Under the pieces are notes generated by a model. That model saw only the letters and a list, made by a program, of their open reading frames with translations, was not told the origin of the DNA and did not search any database. From NCBI GenBank assembly GCA_951406725.2, contig OX597828.1, forward strand, positions 37,572,001 through 37,636,000: a stretch of DNA of 64,000 nucleotides, written 5' to 3'. Positions 40,324-54,321 of this stretch are shown one piece after another. A program made the position numbers and the translations under genes. Each line of letters starts with the position of its first letter. Within the stretch, counting starts at the first letter, position 1. Source of the stretch: Octopus vulgaris (taxonomy: Eukaryota).

Positions 40324-41042
40324 AGCGACCGGGCATTGCTGGCCCGCACCGTTTAGAATGTCAGAAGTGCTGTGGTTGTTATGGTTATGGTTGTTACTGG
40401 ACGTGATTTCAGTGTCCAGTTCAACGGCCGCCACAATTCTACCTGGAACTGAACTCTTAATAGCTTCTTTCTGTCTGCAGTGGTGTCTGTTTGGTAAGAG
40501 TGTCCACAGGGCCAGTCGGTTTAACACGATAAAGATAATAAAGATATTACAAAAAAAAAAAGAAAACAATATGTGTGCGTTCGTGCGCGCGTGTGTGTGT
40601 CTCAAACAACACTATCAAATATTTTCTTTTCACGTATATTTTTTCTAAAAAAATATAATTATAACAACTTTGGTCACTTTCTCCTTTCGTGATGATTAAA
40701 AAAATTCTTTTTCTTTTTTTTTCTTTTTTTGTCTTAAATAATTTTTTTTTTTTTTTCTGCCAAGTGAGAAAACGAAAATAAAGTCTGGTTCCAAACGTTT
40801 AATGTTGTGGTGAAAGTTGGTCGAAAGGAAGCGAGGTGTTCTTAGACGCACACCACAGCCGGCGTCTGCTGCGATGTGAGCCGAAGGGTGGCGCTTCCTG
40901 GAATACTTGTTTGTTGATTCTGCTTGTTCGGTTATATTCCAGTTACATGGAATTTCTACTTTTGCCTTTTTCTTTTTTTTTTTTACGCCACAAGTAGCAG
41001 CTGGTCTGCTGTTATTATTATTATTATTATTGTAGTAGTAGT

Positions 41043-41086
<44 letters not shown>

Positions 41087-41136
41087 TAGTAGTAGTAGTA
41101 GTAGTAGTGTTGTGAATGTTTTCTGTTTGTGGCTGC

Positions 41137-41169
<33 letters not shown>

Positions 41170-41811
41170 ATCTATCTATCTTAATTGTAACCGCAAGTGT
41201 GAGTGCGCGCATGTATGTATGTATGTATGTATGCGTGCATGTGCATATGTGCATGTGCAAGCGAATTAGAGTCCGTGTGAGTGTCTGTGTGTGCGTGTGT
41301 GTGTGTGTGTATATCTAACTCTCTCTCTCTCTTTAGATATATATATATGTATATATATATATATATGTAGGAAAATGTGTGTGCAATATGGTTGTTGATG
41401 TTTATGCTACTACTACTACTACTACTACTACTACTGCTGCTACCACTACAACTGCTGCTGCTGCTGCTGCTGCAGTTCCTGCTGCTGTTGCTGTTGCTGG
41501 TGCTGCACAGAATATGGGCTGCGCGAGTTGATGTAGTTGTTTCTGTTTCTGTTGATGAAGACGATGGTGTTGCCGTTTGTGATGCTGTTGTCAGTGGTGA
41601 TGGTGGTTGTGGTGGTGGTGGTGGTGGCGGTGCTGGTGTGTTGTTGTTGTTGTTGTTGTTGACGAAGGGGTGGTGATTATGCGAGAGTAGTGGTGGTGGT
41701 GGTCGCGGCTGTGGAGCGGCAATGTTTTTCAGATAATATAAATGCTCTTTTATCACTGAAGCCTCCGTCGTAGTATCACAGTAGCAGTGGTAGTAGTAGT
41801 AGTAGAAGTAT

Positions 41812-41857
<46 letters not shown>

Positions 41858-43365
41858 TGTAGTTAATACGAACAAGTTGTTGTAGCGGCGTAGGTGGTGG
41901 TGGTGGTGGTGGTGGTGGTGGTGGTTGTGGATGTAGTGGTTATGGTTGTGGTGGTGGTGGTGGTCTTCGTAGTGGCAGCTGTGATAGTAGTGATGGTGGG
42001 AGGCGCTTCAAGTGGCCACCACGACGACGACGATGACGGCGGCGGCGATAGCAGCTGCAGCAGCAGTGGTAATACTCGTAATAATTGTTGTTGTTGTTGT
42101 TGTAGAGATAGTCCTTATTCTTGTTCTTGTGGTAAAGGTAATCGTGGAAGTGGTGGCGGCGGTGATTGAGGCGGCGGTGGTTGTGGTGGCTGTGGTGGTA
42201 GTGGTAGCGATGGCGATTATGCTAAGAAGCAGTACCGTGTTTGTTTACATTTGCCGTCGACAATGATGATTACGATGAGGATGCTGATAATCGTAGCAAC
42301 AATTATGATGATGTCGTCGACGATGATGATGATGATGACGACACAGTCAGATGGTCGACGGAGAAGTTGTAGGTGTTGTTGTTGTTGTTGTTGTTGTTCC
42401 CCAAAGTTAGTTGGATCGCATTAAGGCCGTTGTCACGAATATTCTCTCTCTCCGCCAATGGCCGTACTTGTTGCAGTTTTTGTTGTTGATAATCGCTGTT
42501 GTTGTTGCTGTTATTGTTGTTGTTGTTGTTATGAAGATAAGTTTGATTGGGGTTGGTCTCTCTACTGTGCGTCTCTGTCTGCCTGTCTGTCTGTATCTCT
42601 CTCTCTTTCTCTCTCTTTCTTTCTCTCTTTCTCTCTCTCTCTCTCTCGTGGTAAAACGTGAGCACACTCGGATGGTGGAAGCGACTTTAGCAGTAAGAGA
42701 AGGCTGGTTGGCTGGCTGAGAGCGGCTGGCTGGCTGGTGTGGCGGCTGGTAACGTCGGTTAACAGCCTGACGTGCAGGCTGGCGTGTCGGTAGGCGAAAC
42801 TGGCTGGCTGGCTGGTTAGTTGGTTGGTTGGCTGTCTGGCTGACTGACTGATTGTCTTGACGGCTGGTTGGTCGGTCGGTTGTTTCAGCGGAGGGATTGG
42901 ATAGTGGGTTGGCTGGCAGGCTGGCTTGGCTGGCTGGATGGTGGGTGAGTCGGTTCCGTCGAGCGAGCGAGCGAGCGAGCGGGCGGGCGGGTAGGCGTGG
43001 AGGTGGGCGAGCAGGTGAAAGTGGTTGCGGTGGTAGTGCAGGTGGCGGCGGTGGTGGTAGTGGAGATGGTAGTGGGGAGGTGGGGGGGGCGATCTTGGAT
43101 ACTTTTTAGTCAGTCGGCTGGCGTGTTGGCTAGCTGGCTGGCTGGCTGGTTGGTTTAGCTGGTCACTTGGTTTACGATAGCTACCACGCCGACGACGACG
43201 GCGGCCACCATCACCGCCATCATTTTCATCAAGAAGAACGGTAACAGCAATTGCACCATCATCACAACCACCACTATCGTCGTCACCGCTTCCATCATCA
43301 CCACCACCACCACGAACAGGACCCAACTTTACCACCACGCATTCAATGACACACCCGGTCGAACA

Positions 43366-43382
43366 GGGCGTGGTTCCGCCCC
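43366..43382. promoter_or_regulatory. Paired GC boxes (Sp/KLF-type), candidate ZIP promoter
   Basis: GGGCGTGG at 43366-43373 and CCGCCCC at 43376-43382 mark the upstream edge of a GC/CpG-rich, TE-free block leading into the CDS. Confidence 0.35.
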
Positions 43383-43461
43383 ACTGGACACATTTCTATA
43401 CATTTTAGGTATGAGAATGTGTGTGCATGCATGGATGCATCAGTAAATGTATGTATACGCA

Positions 43462-43594
<133 letters not shown>

Positions 43595-43632
43595 GTCTGT
43601 CTATCTATCTATCTATCTGTCTGTCTGTCTAT

Positions 43633-43667
<35 letters not shown>

Positions 43668-43791
43668 CGCATGCATGCATACATATATGAGCGTGTGTAT
43701 GATGGAATTAAGTGTGTCGTGTATGCATATATGTATATATGTATGAATGAGAGTACGCTCCTACATACGTATGCGCTATGTGTGTATGCAT

Positions 43792-43824
<33 letters not shown>

Positions 43825-44159
43825 AATATAAATAAATATATATATATAATATATATAATTGTATTCATGTATGTAAGTCTGTCTGTATGTATATATAGGT
43901 GCGTACATTTTATATGAAAGTGTGTGTTTGTATGTATATGCATTTGGTCTGTATACGCATGTATGTATATTTGCAAGCATGTATCAACAGCTGTTTTTCC
44001 ATATTTATTAAGCGCGATTATGAATCAGGGTGTGAAGTGTGTATTGTTGCGAACATGCAAGTGTGTATTTATGCCTGTGTGTGTGTATGTGTGCATGTGT
44101 GTGTGTTTGTGTCTGCATGTGTGTGTCTGTGTGTTTGTGTCTGCATGTGTGTGTGTCTG

Positions 44160-44195
<36 letters not shown>

Positions 44196-45011
44196 CAGTT
44201 ATATCTCTTAGAAAACTGAATGGAAATACGAAAAAAATTATTGATAGAGTGAAAGCCAGTTTCACACGCACACACACGTACACACACACACACACACACA
44301 CACGTACACACACACACGTATACGTACGCAAACACGCTCTTGCATGCACACACGCACTTGCATACACACACACACACGCTCACACACATAGACACAGACA
44401 GACACACGTACACATAAACACACGCACACACATACAATTACACACACATACCTACTATAGCTGTCTTATGTATATACACACGCATCCTTGCTATTACTAA
44501 TACTCGTAAAATTACTACTGTACACACACAAGAACGCACACACTGCTACACTCAAGCACACACACACACGCTATCACGCACACACATGCTAAACACGATA
44601 TAAGGCATACACTTAATACCCCGTATACGTACACGCTCATGCGATCATGCATGCACGCAATAAATACCCTCACCCACACGCGTAGACGCACCCACACACG
44701 CGCACACGGCAACACTGTAACACCCGCGTACACACGCGTGCATTTTCTATCACACCTGCACGTAACTAAGATGGGAACATAACCTGTACAACACACCTTA
44801 TCACATATTTTCACACTCACAAACACACACACACACACACACACGTATACGAACACACGCACACAGTCACACACACACATACTTGTACAAACGAACACGC
44901 AAGTTTATATACATCAGTCTAGGTAAACATATATAAAAAGAAAGAGGAAGTATGAAAACTAGACACGCAATGGCATACACACACACACGCACACACGCAA
45001 CACACACAGAG

Positions 45012-45050
<39 letters not shown>

Positions 45051-45060
45051 CACGCAATAT

Positions 45061-45183
45061 AGGCGCAGGAGTGGCTGTGTGGTAAGTAGCTAGCTTGCTT
45101 ACCAACCACATAGTTCCAGGTTCAGTCTCATTGCATGGCACATTGGGCACATTTGGTAGATGGAAACTGAAAGAAGCCCGTCG

Positions 45184-45227
<44 letters not shown>

Positions 45228-45622
45228 CGTGTGTGTGTGTGTTATTGTGTGTCTGTGTTTGACTCTCCAACATCGCTTGACAACCGATGCTGGCGCGTTC
45301 CCGTAACCTAGCGGTTTGGCATTTATTTATTTGCTTCCCAAAGACATTTCGAATTCGTGTCCACCGCGTGGCACCTTAAGCAAGTGTTTTCTACAATAGA
45401 CCGAGAGCAAAGCTACGAGGTGGCAGAAACGTTAGCACGCCGGCCGAAATGCTTAGCGGTATTTCGTCTGTCTTTGCGTTCTGAGTTCAAATTCTGCCGA
45501 GGTCGACTTTGCTTTTTATCCTTTCGGGGTCGATAAATTAAGTACCAGTTGCGTACTGGAGTCGATCTTATCGACTGACCCTCTTCCCCAAAATGTCGGG
45601 CCTTGTGCCTAGAGTAGAAAAG
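45061..45622 (+). mobile_element. SINE B (45061-45320) followed by a monomeric SINE A1 (45416-45622)
   Basis: Both match their families; the A1 copy shows the empty site CTTAGCG-GTATTTCGTC. Confidence 0.8.
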
Positions 45623-46138
45623 ACTACAGACCGAGACATCTGTGTGTGGATGGAAACGGGAAGAAATCCGCCGTATACTTAACACACACACACGTACACA
45701 CACACACACGTACACACACACACACATATGTATACATATGTACATGTATCTATGTATGTATATATATATATATATATATATATGCATGCATGTGGGTTTG
45801 TCATTGTGTTTGTCTCCCACCTCTGCTTGACACCTGATGTTAGTTTGCTCACGTGTCCGTAACTTAGCGTTTCAGCAAAAAATCATCGATAGACTATGTA
45901 CCAGCTTGTAAAAAAAAATGGGGTAATGGGGGCGATTCGCTCGACAAAACCCGTCAAGGTGGTGCCCCAGCCTGGCCGCAGTCTAATAACTGAAAGAAGT
46001 AAAGGGTGAAAGATATGCGTATATGCAGGTACGTGTGTACAGGCGCGCTACAAATGCGCAGGATGGTTGTTCACATTTCTATTTCGGTGCACGAACACAC
46101 ACACACACACACACATACACATTCACACACACGCTCAT

Positions 46139-46173
<35 letters not shown>

Positions 46174-46374
46174 TTTACACATACATATTCACACACACAC
46201 ACACACACACATATTCACACACACATACGCACACAAACAGATGGGGAAAAAACAGAACAAACTGTTATTACTTGTACAATAGCCATCGTTCGTCCACAAC
46301 CGTTTTACCTCTCGCCTCAACTATTCCAACTGCACCGCCGCCGCCACCCACTACCACCGCCGCTGCCACCACCC

Positions 46375-46416
<42 letters not shown>

Positions 46417-46663
46417 GCTGCGAGCTGCTGCTGCTGCTGCTGCTTCTGCTACTACTACTGCTGCTACAGCTGCCAGTTGTGCAAACCCCCCGAACAGATG
46501 CGTGTGCAGTAATAACGCTTGCTTCTGATATTTTCTTTTGGTTTTGCTTTTTTTGCTTTTGTTTCTTCTTCTCTTCTCACAGCGCGGATGTATATGTACG
46601 TGGTCAAACGAGGTGAAACAACAAGAACAGCAACAACCGCTATAGCAACGACGACGACGATGC

Positions 46664-46694
<31 letters not shown>

Positions 46695-47669
46695 AACAAT
46701 AACAACACAATCGTCCTGGTGTTATCACCACCATCACTACCATCTCCATCATCATCAACATCATCATCATCATCCTCATCAACCTCATCATCATCACAGA
46801 GAAACGGCAACCCCAATGCCCTGTCTTCCAGGTAATACCCTCAATACAAACACCACGCACGCACTTTTTTTTTACTTATGGTTTGAACACATCAAACTCT
46901 GGGTTTTCTTGTATTTATAACAATGCCAAACTAACCAACTTTCGACGTAAATACTCTCATAGCATTACACAAAACCTTCTATTCACTTGCCTGTCCTCCT
47001 CTCTCTATCTCTGTCTCCTCATCCCTCTCTCTCTCTCCATCTCGTTATATATATATATATACATATACACACACGTGTGTGTGTATGTGCGTGTGTTTTA
47101 TCGTTTACTTGTTTCAGTCATTGGACTGCGGTCATACTGGGGCACAACATTGAAAGTTTTAATCGAAGGACTTTTTTTTTTGTCGTTTACTTACTCAACC
47201 GGTCTCTTTTACAGAGACGTAAACAAACTGACACCGGTCGTCAAGGGCTGGTGGAGGAAAAATTCTATCACAAAGACACAAAGACAGACAGACACACACA
47301 CATGTTTTTGAATGTGTGTGCGTGCGTAGGCGCATGGTTTAGTGGCTAAGGTGATACATTCATGATCGTGAGATTGTAGTTTCGATTCCTGGAGCATGCG
47401 ATGGATTGTGTTCTTGAATAACACATTTTATTTCACATTACCAGAATCCAATCCACTCGGTTGGTAGCAACGGTTAATCGCGCGAAGGACTGGCGTCTCC
47501 TCCAGGGGCAAAGTTTTTGTTGCGCCTTGCAACCTTTCAATAGTCTACTATTGAAAATGTTGCAAGACGCAACGAAAATTTTAGAATTATAAAAAAAGGA
47601 CTAAGTGGAAATTTAACCGGTGAAAGTGTTAAATTATAAGGCACCCAAAAAGAACGACTCTCCCCAGAC

Positions 47670-47725
<56 letters not shown>

Positions 47726-47822
47726 ATATATATATATATCATATATATATACATATATACATATATATACATATATACATATACATACATACATATATAT
47801 ATATACATATACATACACACAT

Positions 47823-47881
<59 letters not shown>

Positions 47882-48189
47882 CATGTATATATATACATGC
47901 ATACAAATATACTTACACCCAAACACAAACACACACCCACACTCACATACATACACCGTTATCTTGTGACACATTACCATCATACACATACTCATGTACG
48001 TGCATACACATGATGGTGATGATGGTGATGATGATGATGATGATAATGACAACGACGATGATGATGATGTTTATGATGATCATGGGAATAGAAAGAAAAA
48101 GGAAGTTCTTTATTATAAGATAAACATGAGTAAAAGCAACAACAACAACAACAAGAAACAATGAAAAGCATGAGAATTCTTCCGTGGAG

Positions 48190-48420
48190 GATCAGTCGCT
48201 CGACCTGCTAGAAGTAGCAGCCAACAAAATCTCCAGCCTATTGTCTCAGAAAGACACATGAAATGGCACGTTGTTATGATGGAGTCCTAGATACATCATG
48301 TATGGAAAAATACAATAAACAAATAAGAATCTAATCACGAGTGGAACTTGTCTTTGATGCGATCAGATTGTGTTCGATGAGAGCTAACCTGTGGTTAAAT
48401 AACAGCAGCAGCCACATAGA
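48190..48420 (+). mobile_element. Old dispersed repeat with (AAC)n tail (family F)
   Basis: CGACCTGCTAGAAGTAGCAGCC...GTCCTAGATAC...GAGCTAACCTGTGGTTAAA; diverged relatives near 795, 2520, 23220, 28880 and 49320. Confidence 0.5.
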
Positions 48421-49121
48421 CAACAACAACAACAGCAGAAGTAACGGAGGAATATGAACAAAGAAGAGTAAGTGCTCGTTGGACCGGTGGTTAAGCAACA
48501 ACAACAATGGTAACAACAACAACAACAGCAATAATAACAACAAGAACAGTGGACATACTATATGAAGGAGTCTCCAACTGTTCCTCCAGCCTGGGGTTAA
48601 ACAATAACAACAACGACATGTCTAAATATTGATTTCAAATTTTGGCACAAGGCCAGCAAGTTCGGGATAGCGGGGGGGTAAGTCGATTACATCGCCCGCC
48701 CCCCAGTGTTTCACTGGTACTTATTTTATCGACCGCGGAAGGATGGAAGGCAAAGTTAACAGCGTTGGAATTTGAACTCAGATCGCAAAGCATTTCGCCC
48801 GGCGTGCTAACGATTCTGCCAGCTCGCCGCCTCTCAGCTTGTGTAAATATTAATTATGATGCAACCACCAACAACAACCGACAACAACAAGAACAAGATA
48901 ATAAGCAACAATTACACAATACCACAAGCACTTCCACCGCCTCTGCCACCGGCACCACTATCTCTTGCACCACCACCACCACCACCACCACCACCATTAC
49001 CAACATCACCAGCATCAACACCAACACTACCATCATCACCAGTAGCAATATCATATACATTATAGTAGAATACTACTGCTGCCACCACCACCACCACCAT
49101 CAACAACAACAACAACACTAT

Positions 49122-49153
<32 letters not shown>

Positions 49154-49241
49154 CACTATCACCACCACCACCACCATCAACAACAACAACAACACTATCA
49201 CCACCACCACCACCACCATCAACAACAACAACAACACTATC

Positions 49242-49275
<34 letters not shown>

Positions 49276-49410
49276 CACTTACAACCTTGACGACAACGGG
49301 TGTGCTTCAGCATGGTATTTCGAGCTGTTAGAAATACCAAGCTTTCTCTGAAGTCATAGCCTTACAGTCTTATATAATTAGGAAGGACACATTGCACCGT
49401 GTAGTCCTAG

Positions 49411-49428
49411 ATACACTATGGTTAAAGC

Positions 49429-49481
<53 letters not shown>

Positions 49482-49504
49482 CAGCAATACACTATGGTTA
49501 AAGC

Positions 49505-49553
<49 letters not shown>

Positions 49554-49558
49554 CAGCA
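49411..49558. repeat. Tandem duplication of about 76 bp containing (AG)n
   Basis: ATACACTATGGTTAAAGCAGAGGGAGAGTG(AG)nACAGGCAGCA occurs twice. Confidence 0.9.
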
Positions 49559-49991
49559 GAGACTGGCTGGTGGTGAGTGCGATAACTTTGATCAGAGCAC
49601 TGGCTCCAACAGGACTTACAACAACAACAACAACAACAACATCAAAAACAACCACCACAACAAAAACAACAACAACAGCAGCAGCAGAAGCAGCAGCTAC
49701 GAAAGTATTTGTAACAGTAGATGTAGTTACACGAAGAAAAAAATGGAAAGAAAACCCTAAAAGATTTCAACAGCTGATGCCAAAAGTAATGCGTGTGCGT
49801 CACAAAAAATCCGTGTGTTAAATATGTTGGAGTCTTTTTTTTACCCAACAGTTTTTGCGTTTAGGAGTGGGTTTTGAATAGTTACAGATGTAAATATATA
49901 TATATATAACAATTTAGTGAGTAAGAGTGTGTGAGTGCTTGTCTGTGTACACACCTATATATGTGTATCTGTGTATGTATAATATATACAT

Positions 49992-50052
<61 letters not shown>

Positions 50053-50117
50053 AATATATCTATTTACCTTAGCTGTCTGTTTCTCAAGGTATATACTTAT
50101 ACATGTCTGTGTGCGTG

Positions 50118-50235
<118 letters not shown>

Positions 50236-50769
50236 ATATCTGTCTGTCAGTCAGTCTCTCTCTCTTCTCTCTCTCTCTCTCTCTCTCCCTGTCTATTTAT
50301 CTACGTATGTAAGATTGTATGTACGTGCGTATGACTGTATGTATGTATATAGCGAAAGAGACAAAACAGGCACATACATGTCTATATCTAAATCTATATA
50401 CTCAATGTACTATGCGTGTGCATGTGTTGGTACAAACGTTTATGTATTTATAAATAGTAAGAGAGATAGAAAGTGAGAGAAAGAGAGACAGGCAGAGAGA
50501 GCGGGAGGGAGAGAGTGGAAGAGTGATGGACGCAACTTGCAGCTATTTTGCTGGATGCATTTTCATTTGGTTCTGCTGGCTTCGTTGTGTGGCTCTATGT
50601 TAATCCAATAATTTTACGTCCGATCTGTATTCTTAGTATGCATTACACATACATCTATATGCATTCATACACACATGCATACACAGACATATACATATAT
50701 ACATACATACATACATACGTACGGGCATACATACATACATACATATACAAATACATATGTATACATATA

Positions 50770-50813
<44 letters not shown>

Positions 50814-50876
50814 TACATATATATATATATATGTGTGTGCTTATATGTGTATGTGTGTATATATATGTATGTATGC

Positions 50877-50910
<34 letters not shown>

Positions 50911-50964
50911 ATACATCAATATAATTATATATACATATATATATATGTATATAATATATATATG

Positions 50965-51000
<36 letters not shown>

Positions 51001-51432
51001 CACACACAGACACACACACACACACACACATATATATATGTATATATATGTATATATCGTATTGACAGTCACTTTGAAGTTTCGGCCAGCTAAGTCATCA
51101 TCGGACTACATATATTTCAGACTGTATATATTTACCCATTCACATACATACATATTAGAAGAAATGAGGTACTCAGAAATCTGGATGGTTTTATATTTAC
51201 AGATATTTATTAGTATGTTACATGGTTTTATAAATCATACATCATACATCATATATGAGCGCTTTCGTCCATTCTAGTGGAGTCTTCAAAATGAGGATAC
51301 ATACATATATACATATTTCCATACATACATATATATATTTACATACATCCATGCACACACAGGCATACACACAAACACTCACATACACACACATACACTT
51401 ATTTCTCGAGGTGGATATGAATTTGCACATAT

Positions 51433-51477
<45 letters not shown>

Positions 51478-51931
51478 TTTGAGTTATTTATACATCATAA
51501 TTAGTTCGGCTTTGAACTTGGCCTGTTCTACTTCTAATAACCACACGCGCACAGACACACACATAAATACACACACGCACTCACACACACACACACACAC
51601 AAATACACACACGCACTCACACACACACACACATGCATATACGCACGCATGCACAAAGTCACTCACTCTCACTCAGGAACACACATACTCATACTTTATC
51701 AAAGATAACATCATTTGCTACCGCTATAATTGTTGTTGATGTTGTTGTTGCCGCTGTTGTTGTTACAAAGATCGCCGTTCAACCCTGGCCAAAGGCATCT
51801 GTGGCACATGGCTTGCGAGTTCGTATTCCGGGAATATTTTGTACAACGTAACAAGCATGATTATAATTTTCTGACTGACACTTGGTTGTTATTTCTAGCA
51901 GGTTGTGGAATCCTGTCTTGTCGTGTTTCCT

Positions 51932-52016
<85 letters not shown>

Positions 52017-52161
52017 CTACCTGTCTGTCTGTCTGTGTAATCTATTCAGATATTCTATTAACTGATTACTGTCTTTGTCTCACACTGTACATGCATACAT
52101 ACATAGTCTTGCCTGTGTGTTCTTGTTTTTGTGCTTATGTCTTTATATATATATATATAGA

Positions 52162-52207
<46 letters not shown>

Positions 52208-52324
52208 GATAGATAGATAGAAGTAGGTATAGATATAGATATGCATACATGTATATATGTAGATAGATATATATATAGAGAGAGAGATACGGAGATAGAT
52301 AGATAGATAGATAGATAGATATAC

Positions 52325-52372
<48 letters not shown>

Positions 52373-52508
52373 GCATATATATATATATTTATATATACAT
52401 GACATACTCATGCACGCATACGTATATACATTTACACACATCCGCCCTCAAACAGACACATACACACACATACACTATATATGTGTGTGTGTGCGTGTGC
52501 GTGTGTAT

Positions 52509-52547
<39 letters not shown>

Positions 52548-52832
52548 ATCCAAATGGCTGAGGCTACTTCTGTGTGTGTATAGAGCGGAGGTTACACGTG
52601 CATATGTGTGTGTGTGTGTGCGTGTGAGTGTGTGTGTACAAGTTAGATTTTGTTTACTACATGTGTAAACCGCAAAAAAAAAAAATCATATTGATGTTAA
52701 CATTTGTGTACCTTTTGTGAGCTGTGGATATTGTAGTTTGATCTCTTTGTTCCCTGGATCCTGGGGTCCTTGTTGTGTCGACCGACTGTGTTTGTAGTGA
52801 TGGTATGATGTGATGAGGTACATGGTTCTGAT

Positions 52833-53553
52833 TTACTCTTACTCTTTTACTCTTTTACTTGTTTCAGTCATTTGACTGCGGCCATGCTGGAGCAGCACCG
52901 CCTTTAGTCGAGCAAATCGACCCCGGGACTTATTCTTTGTAAGCCCAGTACTTATTCTATCGGTCTCTTTTTGCCGAACCGCTAAGTGACAGGGACGTAA
53001 ACACACCAGCATCGGTTGTCAAGTAATGCTAGGGGGACAAACACACATACACAAACACTCACACACATACACACATATATATATATATATATATACATAT
53101 ATACGACAGGCTTCTTTCAGTTTCCGTCTACCAAATCCACTCATAAGGCATTGGTCAGCCCGGGGCTATAGCAGAAGACACTTGCCCAAGGTGCCACGCA
53201 GTGGGAATGAACCCGGAACCATGTGGCTGGTAGTTATTCCTTCAATTGTTGTTGCTATTGTCTAGTCACCCTCAGTCTTCCCTCACCATTAACGAAACCT
53301 ATGAGGGAAGAACATTCCAGTTATGACCAACCCGTCTATATTTTCTAACATAATATACCTGTGATCATAGTGTCTAATCTCTTTTTCTTTGCTCTTTTAC
53401 TTGTTTCAGACATTTGACTGTGGCCATGCTGGAGCACCGCCTTTAGTCGAGCAAATCGCCCCCAGAGTTAAGGGGACATAAACACACCAGCTGTTTTCAA
53501 GCGATGTTGGGAGACAAACACAGACATGCAAACATATACACACATACATAATA

Positions 53554-53596
<43 letters not shown>

Positions 53597-53793
53597 CATA
53601 TATATATATATATATACATATATACAACGGGTTTCTTTCAGTTTCCGTCTTCCAAATCCACTCACAAGACTTTGGTCGGCCCGAGGCGAGGCTATAGTAG
53701 AAGACACTAGCCCAAGGTGCCACGCAGTGGAAATGAACCCGGAATGATGTGGTTGGTAATCATGCTTCTTACCTCACAGCCACTCCTGCGCCT
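52833..53793 (-). mobile_element. Two SINE family B copies (52833-53232 and 53392-53793)
   Basis: Both match the B consensus, including the tail. Confidence 0.85.
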
Positions 53794-54275
53794 ACGTGTC
53801 CTGTTATATAAAAAAATTATTTTTTAATCGATTTTGATTTCAGTGCAGATTTTACTGCTATTTCTAGCAGATAGAGTAACTACACGAAGCGTTTCAGATG
53901 GACCCTGGGACTCACATACACCGGCTGATGTATAATTGAATTAAATTAAATAATGGTGGGCACTTACTTATTCAATCAACCCGCCACTCTCACTCGGAGT
54001 GGAAGCTAAAGACAAGTGTTGGAGAACTAACAAGATTTGAAATCAGAACGTAGAAGGACGAAATTAACTATTGTTACGAATTTAGTTCGTTGCTTGCTTG
54101 CTTTTTCCGTTTCTGTTACTACAAACTCTGCCAAATCTCTGCCATTATTACCCGCTGCTATTTCTAGTGATGCTACTCGAAAAGCATAACCCACCACCAC
54201 TCCACACCATCCCCACCACCACCACTACACTTTTTCTCTTTCTCCTGCAGCAGCAGTTACAACAGCATTAGTAGC

Positions 54276-54321
<46 letters not shown>

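Noticed and set aside
40324-40605. 510-aa ZIP starting at TTG 40605
   Set aside because: The start codon is not ATG and the first residues come from a TG repeat and T-tract. ATG 40323 fits the family N-terminus; the extension is kept only as a hypothesis.
39227-40648. Plus-strand ORFs overlapping ZIP
   Set aside because: Antisense shadows of the real CDS.
41181-43338. 191-aa and 258-aa minus-strand ORFs upstream of ZIP
   Set aside because: Low-complexity repeat translations, without recognisable motifs or supported splice sites.
40584-43427. Metal-response-element cores (TGCRCNC) near the ZIP gene
   Set aside because: They arise by chance in the abundant TG/CG repeats throughout the window.
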